DNA from: Gemmatimonadota bacterium
GTDB lineage: Bacteria; Gemmatimonadota; Gemmatimonadetes; JACCXV01; JAHWKZ01
Assembly (NCBI GenBank): GCA_035699465.1
Contig: DASSPT010000070.1
Location: forward strand, 1 to 55,869
DNA: 55,869 nt
Reading direction: 5' to 3'
Shown: positions 8,859-16,468 of the stretch, one piece after another
Layout: every line of letters starts with the position of its first letter
How positions within the stretch are numbered: position 1 is the first letter of the stretch
The notes under the pieces: model-generated
Databases searched by the model: none
What the model saw: the letters and a program-made list of their open reading frames with translations, nothing else
Told to the model about the DNA's origin: nothing
Program-made: the position numbers and the translations under genes

Positions 8859-10280
8859 ATGACGACACCGAAACTCCCGCTGTTCGGCGTTCTCTGGCTC
8901 GGCGTCCTCGCGCTCGCCTGCGACGGCGGTGGCCCCGCCGCGCCGGGCGATCCCGACGACGGGAATCCTTCCGGGGTGCTCGCGATCGTCTGGGACGGCC
9001 GCACCGTCGACTGGGGGGCGAGCGAGGTCCTGAGAGCCGAGATCGACGGCGAGCCCGCAGAAGTCGAATGGCGATCGCTGAGCGACCAGTACCTGGGGCA
9101 GCCGGTCGAACTCGGCCGCGGCGCCGAGACGACGACCGCGCCGCTGAGGCCGGGCACGACCATCGTCGAGGCCCGCGTCGTCTCCGGGGGCGTTGTAGCC
9201 GCGCGCGACACCGCTCAGGTGACGGTGCGCTACCGCGAGTCCTGGAACATGGTCCTCGAGGGGATGGTGTCCTATGCCGAGGAATCGGTCGGCGACGTAT
9301 GGGTGTCGAACGGACACGCGTTCGTCGCACGGCGGCATGCGGGCGGCATCTCGATCGTCGACCTGGACGGCGGGGTTCGCGAGGTCGGCCGCTTCACCGC
9401 CCCCGACATGTTCACGCAGGATCTCGTCGTCGATGACGGTGTGGCGTACATCACGAACGAGACCAGCACCTACCCCTTCTCGGTCACCGCGCTGGACGTG
9501 ACCGACCCCAGCGACCCCCGCGTGCTGGGCGGCGTGCCGACGGCCGAGACCGGCGTCGCGCACACGGTGTGGCTCGACGGCTCGCTCCTCGCGCTCGCCT
9601 CTCAGGTGACCGACGCCATCCATCTCTACGACGTTTCGGACCCGTCGGGTCCGGTCGCGCTGTCGACCATCCGTGCCCGGAACGCCACCGCGCACGACAT
9701 CCACGTCCGCGACGGGTTCCTGTTCGGCTCGTACATGGGGCTTCACGGCGATCAGGAGGCGGAGCTGGTCGTGGCCGGGGTCGCCGATCCCGCGCATCCG
9801 GCCGTCCTGGCGCGCGTCCACTATCCCGACGCTGTCCTCACCCACTCGTCCTGGCTGACGGGCGACGGCAGGATCCTCTACGTCACCGACGAGATCGTGA
9901 ACGCGCCGATCCGGATATTCGACGTATCCGACGTCTCGCGGCCCGTTCTCGTAGGCACCTACCAGCCGCGCCTGGGGACGATCCCGCACCACTTCCACGT
10001 GCGCGACGGGCGCTTCGCCTATCTGTCCCATTACAAGCACGGGGTCGAGGTCGTCGACGTATCCGATCCGCTGCGCCCGCGGCTGCTCGGCTTCTACGAC
10101 ACGCATCCCGGCGCCGCGGCCGACGTCGAGGCGTCGTGGCCGGGGTCGCTGGCGCCGTCCCACGAGAAGGGAGGGTTCCTGTACGAAGGCGTGTGGGGGG
10201 TGGACTGGACGGCCGACGGCCGGATCGTCGCCAGCGACATGAATCGCGGCCTGTTCGTCTTCCGCTACACGGGTTCGTGA
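8859..10280 (+). CDS. LVIVD-repeat beta-propeller lipoprotein (secreted, function unknown)
   Basis: 473 aa. Signal peptide ending LALAC (lipobox-like). Repeated motifs ISIVDLDG, HLYDVSDPSGP, IRIFDVSDVSRP and VEVVDVSDPLRP are typical of LVIVD repeats. Confidence 0.75.
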   Translation: MTTPKLPLFGVLWLGVLALACDGGGPAAPGDPDDGNPSGVLAIVWDGRTVDWGASEVLRAEIDGEPAEVEWRSLSDQYLGQPVELGRGAETTTAPLRPGTTIVEARVVSGGVVAARDTAQVTVRYRESWNMVLEGMVSYAEESVGDVWVSNGHAFVARRHAGGISIVDLDGGVREVGRFTAPDMFTQDLVVDDGVAYITNETSTYPFSVTALDVTDPSDPRVLGGVPTAETGVAHTVWLDGSLLALASQVTDAIHLYDVSDPSGPVALSTIRARNATAHDIHVRDGFLFGSYMGLHGDQEAELVVAGVADPAHPAVLARVHYPDAVLTHSSWLTGDGRILYVTDEIVNAPIRIFDVSDVSRPVLVGTYQPRLGTIPHHFHVRDGRFAYLSHYKHGVEVVDVSDPLRPRLLGFYDTHPGAAADVEASWPGSLAPSHEKGGFLYEGVWGVDWTADGRIVASDMNRGLFVFRYTGS

Positions 10281-10305
10281 GGGCCGAAAAGCGGCGCGGT
10301 TCGGC

Positions 10306-10833
10306 TCACCCAGGTTCCTGCAGGATCCGCACGATCGAACGAACGGTGGACCAGCTGCGCGTGGTGGCCGGCCCGCCGAAGATCTCGTCGATCCGTCCGA
10401 GGTAGCCGATCGTCATCATGTGACGCCGGTACTCTCCGAAGACGAACCGGCCCCGCCTGGCGATCACCCGCACGAACCACTCCTCGCCCGACGGGATCTC
10501 GATCGGAACGCGAGGCCGCGCGCGGCCGGGCTTCGACAGGATGCTCAGGAACCGCACGCGATCGGGGGGAGCGGGCTTCGTCCCGAACGGATTCTCCGTC
10601 TCCAGGCGGACGATGTCGCGACCCTCGCAGATCACGACCTCCGCCTCGAACGGCAGCCTGCGGAGCAATTCGGCACGAAACGCCGATCGCGGTCCGGGCT
10701 TCCGAACGACGAATGTGCCGGCGGCCCCCACGTTGACCACGTCATGATCGGCGAGGTCCTTCGCCAGAACGCTGGGGCGAAGCCTCCTGCGCCCGCCGAC
10801 GTTGACACCGCGCAGGAACACGACGAGAGGCAT
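10306..10833 (-). CDS. DUF1697 domain protein
   Basis: 175 aa. The N-terminus MPLVVFLRGVNVGG is characteristic of the DUF1697 family. Confidence 0.7.
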   Translation of the reverse strand: MPLVVFLRGVNVGGRRRLRPSVLAKDLADHDVVNVGAAGTFVVRKPGPRSAFRAELLRRLPFEAEVVICEGRDIVRLETENPFGTKPAPPDRVRFLSILSKPGRARPRVPIEIPSGEEWFVRVIARRGRFVFGEYRRHMMTIGYLGRIDEIFGGPATTRSWSTVRSIVRILQEPG

Positions 10834-10852
10834 TCCGGGGAGGGGCGCTGCG

Positions 10853-12202
10853 CTAGTCCGCGGTGTCGGCGGTGGGTGCCGGCTGCTCCAGCCCGATGCG
10901 GAGCCGACTGACGCGCATGCCGTCGAGCGCCTCGACGACCAGCCGGCATCCCTGTGCCTCGATTACGTCTCCGACCTCGGGCCGCCGGCCGAGGGCGCCG
11001 AATACGTAACCGCCGATCGTGTGGTACTCCTCCTCGTCCAGCTCCAGCCTGAACTCCTCGTTCACGTCCTGGATGAGCAGCAGCCCGTCGATCAGCGCTT
11101 CGCGGTCGGAGATCCGCTCGATGTCGGGCCAGCCTGGATCCTTCTCGCTCCGCACGTCTCCCACGATCCGCTCCAGCACGTCGCGCAGAGTGACGATCCC
11201 GGCCGTGCCGCCGAATTCGTCGATCAGCACGACCACGTGACGCTTCTGGGCCTGCATGGCCGCGAGCAACTGGAACACGCGGACCGACTCCGGCAGTACG
11301 ACCGGATTCTGCATGGCGTGGCGTAGGTCGAAGGCCTGCCGCCCGTCGAGCATGGACAGGAGCTCCTTCACGTTCACGATCCCGACGATCGAGTCGAGCG
11401 AGCCGTCGTAGACCGGGTATCGCGTGAACCCGTGCTGGCGAAGCGTCGCCTCGATATCATCGCGCGGCGCCGACAGCCGAAGGCCGACGATCTCGGTGCG
11501 CGGGATCATCACCTGATTGGCCGTCAGGTCCGCGAGCTCGAAGATGTTGTGGATCATTTCCTCTTCTTCTGGCGCCAGGACCCCGGCGGCGGTGCTGGCG
11601 CTGACGATCATCTTCAGCTCTTCCTCGGTGTGTGGCACGTGGTGGCTGGCGGTCGTTCCGGCGAACCCGAAGGCCCGGACGACCATCAACGAGGCCGTGT
11701 TGAGCACCCAGATGAACGGCTTGAACAGCGTCAGGAACCATTTCGTAGGCAGCGCGACGAACAGCGCGGCCCGCTCTGAACGCTGAATCGCCATAGTCTT
11801 CGGAGCCTGCTCACCCAGGACGATATGAAGCGCGGTGATGATCGTGAATGCGATGATGATCGAGATCGTGTGCGCGCTGATCGTTGCCAGGGAGTCGCCG
11901 GGAAGCCATCCCAGGAGCGGTTCGATGAGGGCAGCCAGAGCGGGCTCCCCGATCCAACCGAGGCCGAGTGAGGCCATCGTGATGCCGAGCTGTGCCGCCG
12001 CGATATAGGCGTCGATGTCTTCGAGTGCGCGCTTGACGGCCTTGGCCAGCGTGTGGCCTTGCTGGACGAGCTCGTCGATCCGGGTTCGGCGGACCGTCAC
12101 GAGCGCGAACTCGCTGGCCACGAAGAAGCCGTTCGCGGCCACGAGAAGGAGGACGGCCAGGAGCCGGAACAGAATGTCTAGGCCGGAATGGTCGGACTCC
12201 AT
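10853..12202 (-). CDS. CNNM/CorC-HlyC family transporter (DUF21 - CBS pair - CorC_HlyC)
   Basis: This is the internal ATG (MESDHSGLDILFRLLAV...) of track ORF 10853..12406. It has a DUF21 membrane domain, CBS pair (PRTEIVGL..., VVLIDEFGGTAGIVTLRDVLE) and a C-terminal CorC domain. Confidence 0.88.
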   Translation of the reverse strand: MESDHSGLDILFRLLAVLLLVAANGFFVASEFALVTVRRTRIDELVQQGHTLAKAVKRALEDIDAYIAAAQLGITMASLGLGWIGEPALAALIEPLLGWLPGDSLATISAHTISIIIAFTIITALHIVLGEQAPKTMAIQRSERAALFVALPTKWFLTLFKPFIWVLNTASLMVVRAFGFAGTTASHHVPHTEEELKMIVSASTAAGVLAPEEEEMIHNIFELADLTANQVMIPRTEIVGLRLSAPRDDIEATLRQHGFTRYPVYDGSLDSIVGIVNVKELLSMLDGRQAFDLRHAMQNPVVLPESVRVFQLLAAMQAQKRHVVVLIDEFGGTAGIVTLRDVLERIVGDVRSEKDPGWPDIERISDREALIDGLLLIQDVNEEFRLELDEEEYHTIGGYVFGALGRRPEVGDVIEAQGCRLVVEALDGMRVSRLRIGLEQPAPTADTAD

Positions 12203-12228
12203 CGATGCCAAACCTAGCGGCCGCTCGG

Positions 12229-12257
12229 TTGACGCGCCCGCGCGGGACGCGTAGCGT
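12229..12257 (+). promoter_or_regulatory. Putative sigma70-type promoter of the MerR-like/SelW-like operon, with a palindrome in the spacer
   Basis: TTGACG (12229-12234), 17-nt spacer, TAGCGT (12252-12257). The spacer contains the perfect 10-bp palindrome CCCGCGCGGG. The -10 element ends 8 nt before the GTG at 12266, implying a near-leaderless transcript. Confidence 0.4.
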
Positions 12258-12265
12258 CGAACCGA

Positions 12266-12517
12266 GTGCGCACAGACGAGCTGATCCGCCGCGTCACAGG
12301 CCTGAGCGTCGAGGTTCTGGACGCGATCGAGAGCGCGGGCTACGTGAGCCCGGACCGGCTCTCGGGGGGCAGCGATCCCCGGTGGTGGAGCGAGAACGAT
12401 CTCCACAAGGTGCGCGACATCCTGCGTTTTCGACGGCGCGGTGCGGATCTCGAGGAGGCATACCGCCGGGCGCGGGAGGACCGGTTCTTCGGGCTCTGCC
12501 CGTGCGACTGGAGATGA
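12266..12517 (+). CDS. Small MerR-like helix-turn-helix regulator
   Basis: 83 aa. The ELIRRVTGLSVEVLDAIESAGYVSP...WWSENDLHKVRDILRFRRRGADLEEA pattern matches the MerR HTH plus wing. High GC3. C-terminal CPC motif. Its TGA overlaps the ATG of the next gene. Confidence 0.6.
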   Translation: MRTDELIRRVTGLSVEVLDAIESAGYVSPDRLSGGSDPRWWSENDLHKVRDILRFRRRGADLEEAYRRAREDRFFGLCPCDWR

Positions 12518-12747
12518 AGCGTATGAAAGTCACGATCGAATACTGCACGGTTTGAAACTACGAACCGAAGGCGGCCGGTCTGGCCGCCGAGCTGGAAGCG
12601 AAGCTGGACGGCGTCGAGATCGAGATGATCCCGAGCGGCGGCGGCGTATTCGAGGTCGTCGTGGATGGCCAGCTGATCCATTCGAAGAAGAGGAGCGGCA
12701 GATTCCCGGAACAAGGGGAGATCGTGGCCGCGCTGCGCGCGCGCTGA
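12514..12747 (+). CDS. SelW/SelT/SelH (Rdx) family selenoprotein with in-frame UGA (Sec) at 12553-12555
   Basis: The track truncates this frame at TGA 12553. Read-through gives M(KRM)KVTIEYCTV-U-NYEPKAAGLAAELEAKLDGVEIEMIPSGGGVFEVVVDGQLIHSKKRSGRFPEQGEIVAALRAR, ending at TGA 12745-12747. It shows the Rdx-fold signatures CxxU, GGxFEV and SKxxxGRFPE. The start is ATG 12514, or ATG 12523 (GGAG lies 9 nt upstream of the latter). Confidence 0.75.
12570..12588 (+). promoter_or_regulatory. Candidate bacterial SECIS hairpin
   Basis: Perfect 7-bp stem GGCGGCC / GGCCGCC with apical loop GGUCU (contains GU). It starts 15 nt after the in-frame UGA. Confidence 0.55.
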
Positions 12748-12766
12748 GCCCCGCGCGGGCGCGGGG

Positions 12767-13984
12767 GTGAACGGTGCCGATTACCTGATCCTGGGCGCGG
12801 GCCCGGCGGGATGCCGCGCCGCCCAGACGATCCGCCGTCGCGATCGGCAGGGGCGCGTGATCCTCCTCACCGATGAGCGGGTTCCCTTCACCAACCGGAT
12901 CCTGCTATCCAAGGAGTTCCTGACGTCCGACGATCTCCCGCCCGAGAGGGCGGTGGTCCTTCCGCCCGGCTCCTTCCACGCGCAGTCCATCGAGCTGAGA
13001 ACCCAGGAGCGGATCGAGCGGCTCGATCCCGAAGCGCGATCGGTCGAGCTGGCGAGTGGGGAGAAGATCGCGTACGGAAAGTGCCTGATCGCGACCGGGT
13101 CGCGTCCGCTCGAGCTCCCGGTGCCGGGATTCGACCTGCCGGGGGTCCACACGCTGCGCACGATCGAGGACGCGGTCGCGCTGCGCGAACACGCCCGCGG
13201 GGCGGATCGCGCGGTCGTGATCGGCGGCGGCCTGATCGGCGCCGAGATCGCGTGCGCCCTGTCCCTCCGCGGCCTTCCCGTGACGCTCGTCGCGCGGGAA
13301 CGGTGGCTGTGGGGGCACATCGCGCCGGAGTCCGTGGGGCGCGCCGTGGGCGAGGCGCTCCGGGCCCGTGGCGTGGAGCTACGGCTGGGGGGGATCGTCG
13401 TCGCGATCCAGGCCGCGGGGAGTCAGCTGGTGGTCGAGTGTGGCGACGGAGAGCTCCTTCGGGCGCCGCTCGTCGCGGCGGGCGTGGGCGTTCGCTACAA
13501 CGTCGAGTTCCTCGCCGACACGAACCTGCTGGAGCCCGGCCGTGGGGTGCGGGTGGATCGGTGGCTCGAGACCGAAGCGCCGGGACTGTGGGCCGCCGGC
13601 GACGTCGGGGCCTTCGACGACCCCGTGTTCGGTTGTCGGCACCACGTCGAGCACTGGCTCCATGCCCAGCACCAGGGGCGCACGGCTGGGGAGAACATGA
13701 CCGGAGAGCGGAAGGTCTACCGGCGTGCGTCCAGGTACGACACGCGGCTGTTCGATCTCGCCGTCACGGTCGTGGGAGCGCCGGAGCTGGCCGAGCGATG
13801 GACGGAAGAGGAACCGATCGCCGCCGGCACGGGAACGGCGCTCGGCTGGAGCCGGGAGCGGCTGGTCGCCGCCTATCGCCTGGGAGCGGGGGGCGCGATC
13901 GAGGCCATCGCCCGGCGGATCGGGGGCGAGGCCGAAGCCGTCGTGTCGGAGCTCACTCCGCCTCGATCCCCAGGAAGTCCCTGA
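12767..13984 (+). CDS. FAD/NAD(P)H-dependent pyridine nucleotide-disulfide oxidoreductase family reductase (ferredoxin-reductase-like)
   Basis: 405 aa. DYLILGAGPAGCRAA (FAD GxGxxG), AVVIGGGLIGAEIA (NAD site) and WAAGDV. No CxxxxC redox disulfide. Confidence 0.82.
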   Translation: MNGADYLILGAGPAGCRAAQTIRRRDRQGRVILLTDERVPFTNRILLSKEFLTSDDLPPERAVVLPPGSFHAQSIELRTQERIERLDPEARSVELASGEKIAYGKCLIATGSRPLELPVPGFDLPGVHTLRTIEDAVALREHARGADRAVVIGGGLIGAEIACALSLRGLPVTLVARERWLWGHIAPESVGRAVGEALRARGVELRLGGIVVAIQAAGSQLVVECGDGELLRAPLVAAGVGVRYNVEFLADTNLLEPGRGVRVDRWLETEAPGLWAAGDVGAFDDPVFGCRHHVEHWLHAQHQGRTAGENMTGERKVYRRASRYDTRLFDLAVTVVGAPELAERWTEEEPIAAGTGTALGWSRERLVAAYRLGAGGAIEAIARRIGGEAEAVVSELTPPRSPGSP

Positions 13985-14189
13985 TCGACTTCTCCAGGAT
14001 CTCCTGCGCGCGGGTGTCGGAGAGGTCGAGCCGATACTCGTTGATCACCATGACCTGCATCCGTTTGCACTCCTCCCAGCAGTTCGCGCAGACCTTCTCG
14101 GCGATCTCGCGTCCCATCGCGTCCGGATACGGAGGCCGATCCAGGCCAGCGCGGGTCTGCCCGCAGCGGATGCACGTCACGTCGGTCAT
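13953..14189 (-). CDS. yggX: Fe(2+)-trafficking / oxidative-damage protection protein YggX family
   Basis: 78 aa. GLDRPPYPDAMGREI...W...MQVMVINEYRLDL matches the YggX consensus (RPPYPG..G..I...W..W...Q..LINE..L). Its 3' end overlaps the convergent reductase gene by 32 nt. Confidence 0.75.
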   Translation of the reverse strand: MTDVTCIRCGQTRAGLDRPPYPDAMGREIAEKVCANCWEECKRMQVMVINEYRLDLSDTRAQEILEKSIRDFLGIEAE

Positions 14190-14677
14190 CAGGATCCCTT
14201 CTCGTAAGTCAGTGTCTCGCCGTGCAGGGTGACGATCTCGAGAACCATGTAGGAACGTTTCCCGCCCGGCGCCTGAAGGTTCACCTTCTGTCCCGGCCGC
14301 GCGCCGAGCAGAGCGCGCCCGAGGGGTGAGGCTATGGAGATCATCTCGTCGTCGAGCTCGACGAACTCGGGGAACACGATCCGCAGCGTCATCTTCCCAC
14401 CGTCATCGTCGGCCAGAGCGACCCGGGAGCCGAACCCCACCACGTCGCGCGGGACATCCCGCAGGTTGATGCCGGATAGCTCGCTCTGACGGCGGGTCAG
14501 CTGGGACAAGCGGGCGCGAACGAACTCCTGGCGCTCCAGTGCGGTCGTGTACTCTGCGTTCTCGCGCAAATCGCCCATCGCCACCGCGGTCGCGATCCGC
14601 TTGGGGAGCTCGACCCGCAGCTCGCGATCGAACTCCTCTATCTGGGATTGAAGCCGGGATCGCAACTCTTCGAGCAT
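14189..14677 (-). CDS. greA: Transcription elongation factor GreA
   Basis: This is the internal ATG (MLEELRSRLQ...) of track ORF 14189..14989. GDLRENAEY motif and a C-terminal FKBP-like domain. The stop overlaps the yggX ATG by 1 nt. Confidence 0.9.
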   Translation of the reverse strand: MLEELRSRLQSQIEEFDRELRVELPKRIATAVAMGDLRENAEYTTALERQEFVRARLSQLTRRQSELSGINLRDVPRDVVGFGSRVALADDDGGKMTLRIVFPEFVELDDEMISIASPLGRALLGARPGQKVNLQAPGGKRSYMVLEIVTLHGETLTYEKGS

Positions 14678-14690
14678 CTTCTTCCCCGTA

Positions 14691-14721
14691 CGAAAACGAA
14701 ACGCGCGGCACGAGCCGCGCG
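14691..14721 (-). terminator. Intrinsic terminator/attenuator in the greA 5' leader
   Basis: The minus strand reads CGCGCGGC-UCGU-GCCGCGCG (8-bp GC stem, tetraloop) followed directly by UUUCGUUUUCG. It ends 13 nt before the greA ATG. Confidence 0.6.
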
Positions 14722-14786
14722 ACCGAAGATCAAACCGCGGGCGAAGATAGCCGGTTGCCCGCCGCGATGCACGGACGGAGACTGAG

Positions 14787-16433
14787 GTGATGACGGCCGT
14801 AGCGCGCACGAAGGCCTGGGACCGCTCCGCCGCTGTCGAGCGCCTCCGCGACGAGACGTTCGACGTGTTGGTCGTGGGTGGCGGAATCACGGGCGCCGGC
14901 GTCGCGCGGGACGCGGCGCTGCGAGGGCTGACCGTAGCTGTGGTGGATGCGGGCGACTGGGCCGCCGGCACCTCCTCGCGCACCACCAAGCTCGCGCACG
15001 GCGGGCTGCGGTATCTGGAACAGATGGACTTCGGTCTGGTGCGAACGGCGCTCGCCGAGCGCGCGGTGCTGCTCGCGATCGCTCCGCACCTGACCCGCGC
15101 CGCGCAGTTTCTCCTGCCTGTGTACGCCGGCCGCTCGAGACCGTCGTGGGAGCTCGGAGCCGGCCTCTGGCTCTACGACGCGCTCGCCGGGACGCGCCGC
15201 CTCGGTCGGCATCGCGTCCTGGGCGCCGAAGCGACGCTCGAGCGCGAGCCGGAGTTGTCGCCCAGTGGCTTGCGGGGCGCGGGCCTGTACTGGGACGCGC
15301 GCGTTCTCGATGCGCGGCTCGTGATCGAGACCGTCGCGGACGCGCGCCGGGCGGGGGCCGTCGCGGCCAGCTACTGCTCTGTCGAGGATCTCGAGGGCTG
15401 GCGCTGCGGGTGGGCCGCGGAGGTCCATGACCGCCGTTCGGGGGAGGCGTTCACGCTCCGTGCGCGGTCCTGCGTGGCCGCCGTCGGCCCCTGGACCGAT
15501 CGCCTGCGGCGCCGCGTCGCGCCAATGCGCGAGCCGCTCCTCTCGCCGACCCGCGGAGTCCACTGCGTCGTGCGCCGCAGCCGGCTGCCGCTGCGCGATC
15601 CGACCGCCCTCTTCGCGCGGGATGGCCGCCTCTACTTCGCGGTTCCGGAGGGCGACTGGACGTACATCGGCACCACGGACAACGACGTGGGAGGAGACGT
15701 GAGCGATCTGTCGGCCCCGGACCGGGACGTCAGTTACCTGGTCGAGGCGACCGCGGACGCGCTCGCGCGCCCCATCGACGCGGGCGACGTCGTGGGAGCA
15801 TGGGCCGGATGGAGGCCGCTCGTCCGCGCGAGCCGGCGAAAGGATCTGGGCGCCATCTCCCGCGACGACGTCATCGAGCGGACCGCGCCGCGCCTGGTCA
15901 CGGTGGCGGGGGGGAAGCTGACGACCTACCGCGCCATGGCCGAGGAGGCCGTCGACCGGCTCGTCGAGGACGCGGGCTTCGACTGCGGTCCCTGCGTCAC
16001 CGCCCGCCTTCCCCTCGTCCCGGCCGGGATCGGCGGTGAGGGGCCCGCGCCGGGAAGCGATCCGGAAGCGGTCGCGCGCGCGCGGACCCTGTTCGGGCCC
16101 GACGCCAACGAGGTGTTCGCCCGCTGGCGCGACGACCCCACGAGCGCCCAGCCGCTCGGCGAGGACTTTCCGTATACCCCGTCGGAGGTCGAGCGCGCGG
16201 CCCGCGAGATGGTGGAAACCCTCGACGATCTGGTGGACCGCCGGCTACTCGCCCTTCCGGGAGGTGTCCCGATCGCTCCCGACACCCTGAGCCGCATCGT
16301 CGACGCCGCCGCGCCACAGCTCCGCTGGAGTCCGGGACGGCAATCGATGGAGATCGCCGGCTTCCGCGAAGGCGCCGGCCGCTGGCCCGCGCGCGCGGAT
16401 ACGGGCCGGTCCCGCACGCAGGCGGGCGTTTGA
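14787..16433 (+). CDS. glpD: FAD-dependent glycerol-3-phosphate dehydrogenase
   Basis: 548 aa. DVLVVGGGITGAGVARDAALRG, TSSRTTKLAHGGLRYLE, and a C-terminal GlpD alpha-helical domain. The start is GTG 14787 or ATG 14790. Confidence 0.88.
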   Translation: MMTAVARTKAWDRSAAVERLRDETFDVLVVGGGITGAGVARDAALRGLTVAVVDAGDWAAGTSSRTTKLAHGGLRYLEQMDFGLVRTALAERAVLLAIAPHLTRAAQFLLPVYAGRSRPSWELGAGLWLYDALAGTRRLGRHRVLGAEATLEREPELSPSGLRGAGLYWDARVLDARLVIETVADARRAGAVAASYCSVEDLEGWRCGWAAEVHDRRSGEAFTLRARSCVAAVGPWTDRLRRRVAPMREPLLSPTRGVHCVVRRSRLPLRDPTALFARDGRLYFAVPEGDWTYIGTTDNDVGGDVSDLSAPDRDVSYLVEATADALARPIDAGDVVGAWAGWRPLVRASRRKDLGAISRDDVIERTAPRLVTVAGGKLTTYRAMAEEAVDRLVEDAGFDCGPCVTARLPLVPAGIGGEGPAPGSDPEAVARARTLFGPDANEVFARWRDDPTSAQPLGEDFPYTPSEVERAAREMVETLDDLVDRRLLALPGGVPIAPDTLSRIVDAAAPQLRWSPGRQSMEIAGFREGAGRWPARADTGRSRTQAGV

Positions 16434-16468
16434 CGCGGCGATCCGGCGAGCGACAGATTGCCGCGTCC

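Noticed and set aside
12205-12555. 116-aa track ORF ending in MKRMKVTIEYCTV.
   Set aside because: Its first roughly 100 codons run through the divergent promoter and out of frame across the MerR-like gene, and they are Arg/Pro-rich junk. Only the last 11-14 codons are real, as the N-terminus of the SelW-like selenoprotein.
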